Below are positions 41,725 through 54,000 of a stretch of 64,000 bases of DNA, one piece after another. How positions within the stretch are numbered: the first letter of the stretch is position 1; every line of letters begins with the position of its first letter. Under the pieces are notes generated by a model. It made no database searches and was not told the DNA's origin. It was given only the letters and a program-made list of their open reading frames with translations. Both the position numbers and the translations under genes were made by a program. Source of the DNA: Klebsormidium nitens (taxonomy: Eukaryota; Plantae; Klebsormidiophyceae); contig DF236950.1 in NCBI GenBank assembly GCA_000708835.1, positions 163,355 through 227,354 of the forward strand. Reading direction: 5' to 3'.

Positions 41725-42438
41725 CAACCTATTATTATAGGACTAGAGCTGTATATGCACACGCTTGTGTCGGACTCATGTTTTTGAAGTATGATGTGCA
41801 GATTTTGTAATATAACTCCACAGATTATCATCCGACATAGTAAATTCACTGGGCTAGCTATATTGGGCCGGTAGGGTCACGTTACTCACGTATGTCGCTT
41901 GCTTAGGCAATGACCGTCGGTCCCATGCAACAAAATGCAAGCCTTATATACGGGTGGATGCGATGGAAGGCTTCCACTGGCCTCAGCTGCGGGTGGCTAT
42001 GGCGCACCTTGAAGAAGATACCAGCATCGGGACAATCGTATAATGTTATTACTGAAGTAAATTTGCCCACTGGCCGGGTCATCCAAGATCCATAATGTGT
42101 ACACGAGGCTGTGCTGCGCGGCAATCAGGATGCTTACCGGTATATCATGGTCAGGCATTACCACATATACGTGCATGGGGTCAAAATTTGCAAATGCCAA
42201 CTAAATGTAGGACACGAGCCTCTCAGAGGATTTGAATAACAGAAGTTTACACCACGAAGTACAGTATTTAAATCATAAACAAGGTTGCACAATGACATAA
42301 CGTGTACCTTTTGTTTCAAAAACAATGCCAGCTTTGCAACTTACAGCTTGCAATGTTTTCTCATGCCCTCAAGATTTCTTAGACCCTTGCCTTTTTCAAA
42401 ACTTGCAACACAGAACTAACTATCTATTTACAAGGTGT

Positions 42439-44005
42439 CTACAATTGGCGGAGGAACTCGGCGGCGGTGGACACGGCAGCACCGGTGATGGCGGCAGTGA
42501 CAATGTGGTTGTTGGTGCGGGCACCAGTCTCGCGGCGCAGAGAGAAGATGGCTCCGGTGGCACCGCCAGCAACAGCAGCGTTCACCTGAGGACACGAAAT
42601 GGAACGTACTTGAGATTCCAGATCGGTCAAGTTACGAACAAAGTAGCAATTCGATGTGCAAGTAATGCGTGCTAGGAGTGGAAGTGGAAGGGCGGCCATA
42701 GCAATATGCAACTGCTAACAAAGGAAAGTCCCAAGCACAAATCTTCGTATGTCACAATTACATCAGTTGAAAAGCGAAAGCCGTGAAAAGCTATTTCCCC
42801 AGCGCTCTTCCCTAACAGCTCAACCCATCCAAATCAGGCCCGTACATCACTACATCCAAGAGGATTCGATCATTCTCAACAGATTGCTGAAGCAATTTCA
42901 ATCAACGGTACTCGGGTTATCCTTTCATTCTTGATAACCCCTAGGCTGCTCTACGGATGTGTGCAGACGGGCTTACCCAGTCCCTCCGCTCACGGACGCG
43001 CTCGATGGCAATCTGCATACCCTCGTACACTCCAGCCACAGCGCCCCACTCGAGAGCATCGCTGAAAGCCCTCTTACCCTGCAGCCCAACCATAGTATGT
43101 CAGGTTGTGGTAATCTGCATTTCAGGCATTTGCAGATGGTGGCTATCCCTTGCAAGCCTATCAACAATGATCTTCGCACTGACCAGAAGCTGGCACTGAT
43201 TGCCACAAACTCCACTGCACTGCTCATTCGGGAAGTTTAGGATCTTGGTTGTCTCTTGCACGCCTATAGAAAGCTGACATCCACATTGACCAGAAGCTGA
43301 CGCTGAGTGCACGACGAGCAGTTTCTCTATCTTGAGTTAGGCATAAGACAATGAGTGTCGGTCAGAACCAAGCATGGTAACAAAGCTAGCGCAGTGCAGT
43401 AGCCTAGACACTTACCGCGTTCTCAAGGTGGTGCTTGGTCACTCCCTCCCGTCTGGTAGCATCATAGGCCTCGTGTGCCAGAGCCTGAGAGGCGCCCACT
43501 GCAGAACAAGAAAGGAAAGGTCAGCCCAACAATGTTCTAACTTTCTAGAGTCAAGGTTCTTCCACAATGTCGTTCTTACTACAATCGCAGCCTGCAAGCC
43601 TGTTTCCATTTACAATCGCTTGATCTGTCTGCGTGGACAGGAAGTTAAGGTAATGAAGAGGACTTTCACAAGAAGTACTGACTCAAGCACATGGCACTAG
43701 CTTACCTAGGCCGACATTGATAAAAGCTTCCAACACCGAGTTCGCAGTTGAATTGTCCGTGTTCAGTCTGATACGAGTAGGCAGCGCGACCGCTTTATCT
43801 GTGCCCCTGGAGTACACCATGATTGCTAGGGGTGAATCTGCAATAGGAAGAATGAGCGGAACCCCTCAGCTCCAAGTTTTCTTGACTCACCTAGACCAAC
43901 ATTGACAAAAGCCTCTGCAATGCTGTTGCCAACACTTGAATTTGTGTTCAATCTGATCCTGTTCGGGAGTGCAATAGCTTTGTCGGTTCCCCTGGAGTAG
44001 ACCAT
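42439..44005 (-). CDS. OEP16: Plastid outer envelope pore protein OEP16 (Tim17/22/23-PRAT family) with a duplicated first coding exon
   Basis: First coding exon 44005-43891 or 43820-43706, then 43498-43416, 43078-42977 and 42585-42439, all in phase. Peptides EAFVNVGLVGASQALAHEAY..HLENA, LEWGAVAGVYEGMQIAIERVRERRDWVNAAVAGGATGA and AAITGAAVSTAAEFL are collinear with plant OEP16. Likely upstream 5'UTR exon with GTAAGT donor at 44595. Confidence 0.88.
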
Positions 44006-46070
44006 GACTGCTACGAAAGGAGCTGCACCCATAGGTACAATGAGATCAGTAGACTACTACCTAACTTAGAATTACAATGTGACCTCCAACAGACCCGATC
44101 AAAGGACACCTTGAACTGTGCCGAGAGTTCTTGGCTGCAGCTGGATGTACCCTGCTTCCAATTTCGATGACCAATATAAAGGAAAGTAGACTGTCCCCGT
44201 GGATCAAATTGCCCATCCTGTTGCAGACCATAATGCCAAGAGGCAAGCTTGACTGCCACCAACTTGCCTGAGATTATCGAAACAAAATAAATATGCGGTA
44301 AAAACTTGAAAAAAGCAGAAACCCCCCAGATCAAACCAAGAACCCAAGACCTGGTCAATTGTGCCAAAGGAGCAACAACTAGCGGAGTCTCCAAAAGCTA
44401 GCTTCCATCCCCCCATCTCTTTTTCACTCAAACTCGCATTGCATATGGTAGAGTCCACCTGCTCATCCAGTACATGCGCCGATTGCATTCAGTATTTAAA
44501 GTCTCAACTCAATCCCTCCGCGCCAAATTGGCAACCACAGAGTCCTGAGCGCAGAACCGGCGAGAATCTCAAGCAAACCACGGAGCTCAACTTACCTGAA
44601 GCTGAGGGAGGCTGAAGGAGGGAATGGGTACGACTCGGAGGGCGCAGGTGCTGAAGTGAGTTGTGCTGTAGAAAAGTCTTGGAAATGAGAAAACCGATGC
44701 TCGTCCAGCAGCCCACATGGTCTTGAAAGCAGCCGTTGAAGGTGCATCTCTCCGCCCCTCAATTGCTAGGCCAGCATGGGAGGAGCATACGTGGCATGCA
44801 GCCAATGACAGTGCCAGGTGTCTCTCACATGGCCGATCCGAATCAAGCTTCACGAGTCTCCTGGTGCCACTTGGCAGCACGGAAGTAGGTCCTGCAGATT
44901 CAGTCGCGCGCGCGTAACTTCTAAGTAGATTCGGTACTACCGTTGCAAGAGCCTTGCCGCCCCCCTGGGGGCCTCAGGCTTGCCAGCCTGCGCGCCAATG
45001 AAGAGCCGGTGAGGCCGCGGCCTCGCCGTCGAATCATGGCACACCAGTGCCGTCCTATCGTCCTAGTTGCCGACTTCAGCAAGGCCCAAGAACTCAAGCA
45101 TATTCCTCATTGTGGAGACGAGCGCAAACCTCAGTAAACCGATGCCATTGAATGCTGCCTGGGATCTGCGGGGGATCTGCCCAGCTGTATTCAAAGGCTA
45201 CATGGACGGGATTCGCCTTGGGGGACATTGCGACATGCAGCGGATGGAGTCTTGAAGTCTCCAAGAGGGTCGACGCCAGCCAGAATCGCAGGCAATCTCT
45301 CATGTTGTTGCACATTGTCCGCGGGGTTTATGCATATACTGTTTTTGTATGCATATACAGGCTTTAATGCAATAATCCGTTCGTATATGCAAACGTTAGA
45401 GCTAAACTAGACCAGCGCAGCTATATAGTGCATGGCACACGTGCGATGTTAAAGCTTGACTAGCTGGCATTGTTAAAGTGGACTAGCTGGCACTAGGGGC
45501 ATGGGTCACAATCTAAACGAGCCTGCCAGGACTTAATTTCTACGCGATCGAAAGCAACCGTGTATAGTCTCAGTCTGCTTTCAAGCGTGAACCGTCCGCA
45601 GGCCGGCATAATCATGGATCAAGGGAATCGAATCAACGATCGACCATCTTGCTGAGCATTATGTGACAGCCGAGCATGATGGCAGTCAATGGAAAAATGT
45701 TCAGGTCGTTTGCTACTTTAAGCGTTTCGGTTTGCTGAAGAACTCTCAATGGCTCCGCTCCTTCAGATATTAAACAAAAGCCTTATGATTATGACCGCTA
45801 TCTATCTGATTATCATAGGCTAACGATAATGTAGAGCTAATTTTCAAGAAGCATCGCTTCCTCGATTTGCCCAGCCCACCTTCAAATCTGTCCAAGTCAA
45901 CGCGACTAACTAAGCACCTAGGCTATGAGTCAAACAGACCAAGCAAGCTAGGTCACGAAAACTGCCGCGTGCAAATGCAGATTGTGCCATATACAGAACA
46001 ATAACTGCTATAATAAATACAGTTAACAATACCTTCAAAGACGGCATTATCACCTTAGAGTGAGGCTACG

Positions 46071-49000
46071 TCAACCTGTGCATCCGAGTCTCCCCGAAAG
46101 TCTGAGCACAGCGAACACAATAACAACTAGCGCAGCAGGAACTGCAATGACAATGTACAGCGTGGAAAACATGTGCCAATCGTTCATCGCGCGTAGAATA
46201 AACGACGCACTGGACGACAAGAGAGCAGTCGTCCCAAAGACGATCATGTCGTTAAACCCATTGACTATCTCCTTTTCCCCGGCTCGAGAGAAGCTTGCGA
46301 CCAGGGTCGTTGCGCCAACGTACGCTGGAGCAAAGGAGTACAACCATGATAAAGAAACGAGTCCGAGGGCAAGCTGGTGCATCATCGCTTGACGAGGCAC
46401 ACAGATGCGTTAATGTCAGGATCTGTTCCCATCGTTCTTCCGGCTCCGCAACAGGGAATCCAATACAAAAGCAGATTGAAGTGATTGAAAAGGGTTTCTG
46501 AAAACGAAGGACCGTTGAGTCGTTGGAACAACGGAATTGGCTCCTACGTTTCAAATTCACACGAGACCGCCTCTCACTGTGCGGGTCGACGAGATTTCCC
46601 CCTCTTCGGCTTCAAAAGAACTCAGAATACCATTTTGCCCGTGCTAGTCCACTGCAACGAATAATTAAGTCTGCCAACAATTACTTTCTTTCGGTCAGCA
46701 AGATACAATAATTTTTATCGCAAACACTTTCTTACGATCCAAGCTCACGGGCAAGGCAACGGACCAAGACTGGTGCTCACCTAGATTCCATGCAATCCCC
46801 AGCGAGACGAAGCCAAAAACAAAGACGATGTACGAAGTGTTGGCGTAGAAGATGGCCGGCCCTGCTAGAAGAAATGCAAACCCGGCCACCATTGTGCCCT
46901 CGGCCGTCATGCGCTTTATGATGTACCCCGTGAAGAAGGAGGGCAGGAACATGGCCTGCGCAAAAACGGGGGATGAAGGATGACACTGCGAACGTCCTCA
47001 CATGGATTGTTTGCAGAAGATACGGCACGTCGTCAGAAGACCCTTGGCCTTTTCACCCTCGGGGCGCAATACATGAGGGGACGAATCACGAGTACATGAG
47101 GCCGTAAGATTGTTCTCTAAAGGTAAGATCCTGCTTTGTTGGCCCGTAAACATTGATGCGCCGAGGATCTCTGCTGACGTTAGAATCGTCCGCAGTGACT
47201 TGTTGAAAGTGCCTGAGAGACACGCTGATTTGAAAGCGAAAGGAGGGGCTATACATCGGTCGAGGAAGACGGGGGGAACGAACGTTGTTTCTCATTAGAT
47301 CGACCACCGTGTTCTCAGTTTGCCGACAAAATTGTGCGATAAGTCTGGCTTTTGTAATCTGTTGGAGCGGGGGGGGCAGAAGAGATGCCGCTCACCTCGT
47401 AATGAAAGATGGAAATCAGCGACGTGTCGCTGAAGTCGTAGACCAGGTCTGCCGGCCCCTTCGTATCAACGCGTCTTGATCCTGCCAAACGAGACGGGTT
47501 CTAAGTGACTGATAGATCGAAACGCCCTATGAACTCAGATTAGATGCGCTATCCGCCTTTCAACCGAGCGTTCGAACGATCCTGGCAAGCAAGGCAAACG
47601 GAGACTGCACCGCTCTGACCTGCCAAGTCTCCTCGAAGACGTTTTATATGATCCATTTCGCGATTGTATAAAGGGGTCCAACAGTGACCATTTTCTCATT
47701 GCCGGCTCACTTCTGGAGCGTTCTTTGGACACAAAGAAAGCGGAAGGTTTGCTTTCAAAACGACTCGGTAAATTTACCCGGTTGGACTGCCCGCATGGCC
47801 ACGGGGACAACGACCATCATACCCGCCATGATCCCGAAAGAGATGGCGCCAGCCAAAAGCGCAACTAGGAATGGCGGCTGTCGGACGATCTTGACGAGGG
47901 GACGGACGTCCTCCTTGTGGAGCTGCACGGGAAGAAGTGCGGCTGCGATTATGATGCGTCGCGGCATTTAGCTTGGGATCGAGTTTTGCACGTGACTCGA
48001 CCTCGATCAGGCTTTTGAAACGGTGCGAGTCACTAAAATCAAGAGTCAGGGTAAATCTAAGCGTCGGATACAGGGAACGATAAACCTGCAAGCTCCTTGA
48101 GATGTAGCACTGCATCAGATCTACTTACAGAATGTGCTACGTCAAGCGATGGTCCGTCATAAAATTTCAAGCGCCGACAGCAACAAAGATTACTGAACTC
48201 TTCGACCTTTCGTCTGATGTTCGAAGACGCGAATGCGCTTCCGTTTACAATCGGAGCCACGGACAGAGCAGCTCACCGCCGCATGCGCTCGGGCGAGGCT
48301 CACGGACTGGAAGTCGATGCAACACAGCGCTGCCACTTCAAGCAGCCACATGACGGTCATGAGCATGTACGTGCACGAAAACTCGACGGAGAACGTGTGC
48401 CTCGTGAATCTGCGGACGATAAAAAGCGCTCCTTTTATGCACCATTCGAAGTCACAGAACCGCGCCATCCTGAAAGCATTCGACCTTCTGCCGCCCTCCT
48501 TTTGTCCCAAACTTTTCGTGTGGGAAAGATTCATGGTTTCCTAGGGATGGGCACATAGGCGGTCTCCCATCATTTCGCAAGCCACACAACCTCCGAGACT
48601 GTTCATCCAGAGCTGCCCTACTCCATGTTGAAATGGACAAGGCTCGGCAGATGATACAACCTGGTTTCGAAAACAAAGTGACGAAAGGGTTTACCTGCTG
48701 ACTAGCGGGCCAGTAAAGCCTGCAATGACCCCTCCCCCCAGCACGGCCGACACGGCAAACGAAATGTACTTCCGATGGACGAACTGCGTCACCTGAAGAA
48801 ACGAACGATGTGTTTTGAAGGGTGACCTTCAGAGCACGGGTGAATAGTCGCCTTGGCCGCTTGTTTGAGCCAAAAAAGGTTAACAGCGGATATTAAGTTA
48901 CAGGAGGTGATTGGAAGAAGGGCCTTTCAAATTTATCAGTCTTTTAGAGACAACTGACATGTTTGATCTCTCTTATACGAGTCAAACGGTTTTATCAAAC

Positions 49001-50576
49001 TGACTGGCCCTTACCCTTAGGTGAACATGAAGGTTATTGTGCACGGCAGTCAACAAACGTCTGCAAATGTTAGCGTGTCATGACTTGCTGTCCGCTGCCT
49101 GTTAGAATTCCCTTTCGTTGCCTCAGGTTCCGTCTGGTGATAGACGATTGCGGCGACTTTGCTGAACCGCTGGCAGAGTCCAGACAACCTTTGGCAAAGG
49201 CAGACCCTTATCTTGAACTGCCCTAATAAGCAAGGTCGTCTGTAATCCGGTTGGAATTTTGAATCGCAAAGGGCACGCACCGCAGACCATATTCTGTGGG
49301 CTATTTTGACAAAGATTGAGTGTCTCTCACCTCAAAGCGCAAAAAATTGACAAGGCTGTTTGCGGCACCCGCAAAGATTGCCCCAACGCACAACAGAATG
49401 AACGACCTCTCAACGCTCGCGGTGATGTCGATAATGCCGGAGAGGACACCGCTGAGTCCCCCTAGGACGTACAGTACTTTCTGTCCAAAGCGCCTCTTTG
49501 CATATTGAACGGGCAGCGACAAGAATGTCTGGACAACGAGCATCAGGCCTGTAATTGTAGAACGTTGGGGTTAAGAAGTGGGTCAAGGTGTGGACTACTG
49601 AGGGAGTTCACATGTAAGTTTCATTGAGGATCTGAAGACGAATGGATGCATGTTATCAGCGTCGAGTGTGCCAGGGAAGGCCATTGAACAGGAAAGAGTT
49701 AAGGGTAAGGTTACTCCTCCAGGGAATACTTTGTTGCATTCTTGCAGTCTATGGGCAAAAGTACAGGCAATGGGTCAAAGATTAGAGGAATGCATCGAGT
49801 AGTGGAACCAGGTCAGTGACGCAGACTTTTCACAATTCACAACCATTCTGACAAGTTTTGAGTGGAGCGCCGCAACCAGACATTAGGACCGCTGTTTCTA
49901 CAGAAAAGACAAGCGGAAAATAAACAATCACCCACTGCAAAGGAAGACTTACAAAGTCGCTTGACAAGTCCGACTAAAGAGAATTTTGGCTTGTCAAAGA
50001 AACACAGATCTTGGGTTAGATTTGTCTGAATACTGCTTTCAATGAGAGATTTCGAGGGCTTGACTACTCCACTTTATTACCAATTCTTCAAGCTTCGCAG
50101 TGCACCCGGTTAGAAGTCAAAGTCTCACCAAAGGGCAGAGTGGCCGCTGCAGTGGACTGGAACTCCTTTGCAGCCAGCGTCGTGGTCCCAACATGAATGA
50201 AGAGGACAGACATGCCCATCCCAAAGCAGAAAGAACAGAGAGCAGTGTTTTTGACCATGTGAGATGCAGTCTTTGGGGGTTCTCGGTCGAGAATTGACCC
50301 CTCTTCGATCTTGTTGAGCTCTGGGTCTGGAGCTATGGCTCCGTCAAAGGACAATGCTGCTTCTCTCAACGAATCTGCTTTGTGCCCCACACTAGCAGCG
50401 GTTGCTGAGATGCTGGCAGCATTGTCCGCGTCAGGCATGATGACGGCTGTCTTGCCCTTGGAGAGGCTTGAGCTCGAATTGCGCCTTTCAAGCTTCGAAC
50501 CAATCATGCCAGCTCGCTCTGTGGCAATCCCACTGATGCTCCCGTCCGCCTTACCCCCCGCCACAGACCTCTGCAT
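46071..50576 (-). CDS. Major facilitator superfamily transporter resembling the bacterial RfnT-like MFS group, 8 exons
   Basis: Phase-consistent exons: 50576-50129, 49548-49331, 48792-48695, 48409-48304, 47922-47778, 47481-47396, 46955-46781, 46324-46071. Motifs: AATLPFG, NFLRFEV, AVSAVLGGGVIAGFTGP, RPLVKIVRQPPFLVA, HYEAMFLPSFFTGYIIKR, LGIAWNLAYVGATTL, GFNDMIVFG. Confidence 0.88.
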
Positions 50577-50831
50577 TACTGCTTTCAAAAACGATAATCA
50601 ATGCAGTTCCGAAAGCTGTTCGCTTCTCAAGGGACAACTCTGGCAACAGGATGCTTGAGCTCGTTCTGTTCTCCCCAGGGCCAATCCTGCCCCTACCACT
50701 ACTAGTACTAGTACAGAGAAACATCCTCATGCGCAGATGCGACAAGGAACATCTTTTCGAGCGTAGCAGCCTGAGAACACCTTGTGCCGCGGCGCCCCCA
50801 TCTCATGGATACTTCAGGCATGAATGTAAAT

Positions 50832-50861
50832 TAGGGTTTTGAGAGAGGGCTCCTAGGGTTT
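50832..50861. promoter_or_regulatory. Two telo-box-like motifs (TAGGGTTT) in the divergent MFS/CAAX-protease promoter
   Basis: TAGGGTTT at 50832-50839 and 50854-50861, between ATGs at 50576 (-) and 51060 (+). Confidence 0.4.
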
Positions 50862-51059
50862 CGTTGAGCGCTGTCTCTGTTCATTGGCAGTTCTGCAGTA
50901 CGTACTACTACTGGCCTGAGGCTGGGGATTGCAGTGCAAGTTGGGAACTTGGGGCACGCATGCAGGAAGAACCTGTGGCATCTGTCTCCCACCTAGCAGA
51001 GCCTGGAGCTGCCTCGAGGGAGGCCTTGGCAAGGTGCACTTTGCAGGGGGCTGTTTCAG

Positions 51060-54000
51060 ATGGCCTCAACCGCTGCATTCAGGGGCGCAAGTTGCCCCTG
51101 CTCTGCGCACTTAGAAAACGTCACGCAAAAGCGAGGGAACCTTTCGGGGGCCGGAGCGCCTACTTCGTTGGTGCAGCCTTTTACTTCCACCACCGCGCGC
51201 AGTGGCCACGTTGTGCAGCGAGTGCGCCAAACATCTGCTGAAACACCATTCAATGAACGCCGTGCTTTGCACCGGCAGGTCTTCTGCGGGCAGCGTTTGA
51301 AACAAGTATCTTGCATTCAATCTGAGCGGACAGCATGCCGGCAAATAGTGACAGCACAGAACACGAGGGGGGAGCACAAAGCAGGGAGGGAATTGGCACA
51401 TCTGACAAATGTAGCCAGGCCAGTGAAGGGGGCTTCCGGGGCACCGAGGACGTCGGTGGTAGCCTCCGCTTTGAAAGAGAAGGAGGTATGCACAGCGTCT
51501 GTTTATTCAGTTCTTTGCTTCGTCTGGTTGGTCTTCATATGGTGAGGTCTTGGTGTTTTAGCAACATCGGCTGATGCGTTGTTGCAGTGGTTGAAGAACT
51601 GGGCTCTTGCAGCCTGTTGCACGAATTATCGCAAAAACTTTTGGACACGTCGATTGTGCGATGATCTGCATGCATTGCTATTTTGATCAGGCAGCACCGG
51701 GCTTCCTTCAAGTCCGCCATGAGACTCTCACCACTACAATCGAAAAGCCCCAACCAACGTGATTTGTTAAGGATTGCAATCTATTTTGCCTCACACATGC
51801 AGTCCTTCATGCAATCTTTCAATCATTCCCCATGGTATGTAGTAAACCATTGGCTGTTTTGAAAAGTTTTCGCTTTTGATTTGACGTACTTTTCATGCTA
51901 TTATCATTATGCTCACAACTACGGTACTTTCCTTTGAGTCCTACTGTGCTTGTTGTAATCAGATGTCTATGTTCCAGGAGACTGCCAGAAAGGATTCACT
52001 TGAGCCGGATGACGATACCTTCTGGCGATTAAGCGAGCCATGGGACATCCCATGGACTGGAAAGACGACTGCCTTCACCATGACAGCCTGGCTCATTGGG
52101 TGAGAGGACCAGCATCAAAAGAGTCTGCAAATCAGGCAGTGTAGGCTATGTAGAACATCAGATAGTTGCCTGTACATGACAGCGCAGCACCACACCGCAG
52201 CACCAGAATAACCAGTTTGCAATGCATGATAGCCGCATTTGCTGTCTAGTTTCAAGGACGTCTTTCTTCAAATGTCTTGTGCGCCCTTAACTTTGTAAGC
52301 TCTGCCAGTTCAAATGCATCTCTTCTGCCATTTTGCCCCTCGATCGGTGCTTTTCTCCACGAGATGCGAGATGTATACCGTCCTGGAAGTTTCCCCAAAT
52401 TGGGTGCAGGTTCGTGTTGACTGGGATTGCGGTACCGCTGGGTGCTGTCAAGCTGGGGTATGCTCCAGGAGATGATGCAGATTCAAAGGCCCTCTTCGTC
52501 CTGGCATACGAGTTGTAAGTCCACTCCTTTGAGGTCCAGGGAGCGACTTTACTTCTGACACGTCAGTTATCGAAGTATAAGAAATCCGATCTGTATTCTG
52601 GGACATCAGCGACGGTCAACTTCGTGAACATAACAGCGGTGGGTTTCAAGCAGAAGTCAAGGATATACATGTGCTTTTCAATGGGTAGGCTTTATTCAAA
52701 TTAGCAGTCCTCCTTAAGTAGAGATTTCGAGGATCTGCATTTCTGTGGAACACGTTCCAAACAAAGTGAGGGACTCTTGCTTGAAAGCTCGCTTTTCCGG
52801 GAGGACAAATGGTTGGTTGTCTGCCGGAAAGCTGAATCGGACGCTTTTAAAATGTTTGATAGCAGGCCCTGTGTTAAAGAATGACACACAGACTGGGTGC
52901 TGTTCAACAAGTAGCGTGATGAATTCAACGGATCCAACCTATTACGCATCCTGAACCCTTTTGCCTCCACGATCCCTTAGCAGAATGGCATAGAGATTGT
53001 CAACGAAGCTCTCCTTGGCTTAACGAAAATGCATCCTATAGCAACACGATCAGGGAGTCGAACAACTTAAGAACATGTAATGCTTCCTCCGTGCAGGGCA
53101 CAGACAGCCATTGGGCTGACCATCATCTGGGCTTTCACAAAACCATTTCAACCTTTGGGGGACGAGCTATTTAAGTTCGGTAAGCCTTTCAATCAGCTGT
53201 CTCTTTGAATTGTCTTAGGAGCTCGCAACATTTCGATTGCAGGGCGGAGGATCCCTTCCTGCACTCGAATTTTTTTCGTTTTGTTGTTACATGACGTTTA
53301 CGATCCCCTTTCATTCCCCAATTCTGAAGAAAGCCCCTGGCTGATGAAAGTACTCCGCGCCAAAACGTGTCCCCATCCGAGTTTCTCACTGGCGCAATAA
53401 TCAGGTCGGTCATCGTTCTTTGGAACATGCAATCCTACACTAGGACTGCTTCACATATTGGCACGCCTGTCGAGAAAAGTTCCAAACCGGCTTGACTTCG
53501 TTCCAATTCTCGGACGAAGTCAAGCCTCGAAGTGCCCAGAATAACCCGTCCTGTTGTTCGTTTCTTAGCTCCACTGTTGACTAAGACTGAGGTCCGTGTT
53601 TCTGCAACTGCAGAGCTTCAACGGACATGACAACGCCGCACCCGCATCGTGTTTGCGTCTCCACTGTTCAACAACCAGAAACTTTTCATCTTTAAGACGT
53701 CAAAGAACGTTTCCCTTGTGTCATTTTCAGATCTTCGACGGCCGCTAGCCCGAAAAGACGGCTGGGCGCTTTACGCGCTCGGGGGATTCCTATTGGCGTT
53801 CGGGGCAGTGCAAGCGGCCGCCAGCGCCACCGGGGTCGGACAAGACCCGGACGCTCCTCGTGACGTACGTGGTTGGACGCCTATACTGCAACCTTTTCTC
53901 CATTAGAGGAATTCAGACGTCTCGGAAGCATAGTGCAAGTGGCATGTCCTTTCTAGACTCGTTTTATTTTGAGTTTCAGGCCAGACGGCTTTGTTTGCAC

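Noticed and set aside
41725-42300. AT-richer stretch with short ORFs right of the TIR element
   Set aside because: Stops in all frames and no recognisable transposase or other motif.
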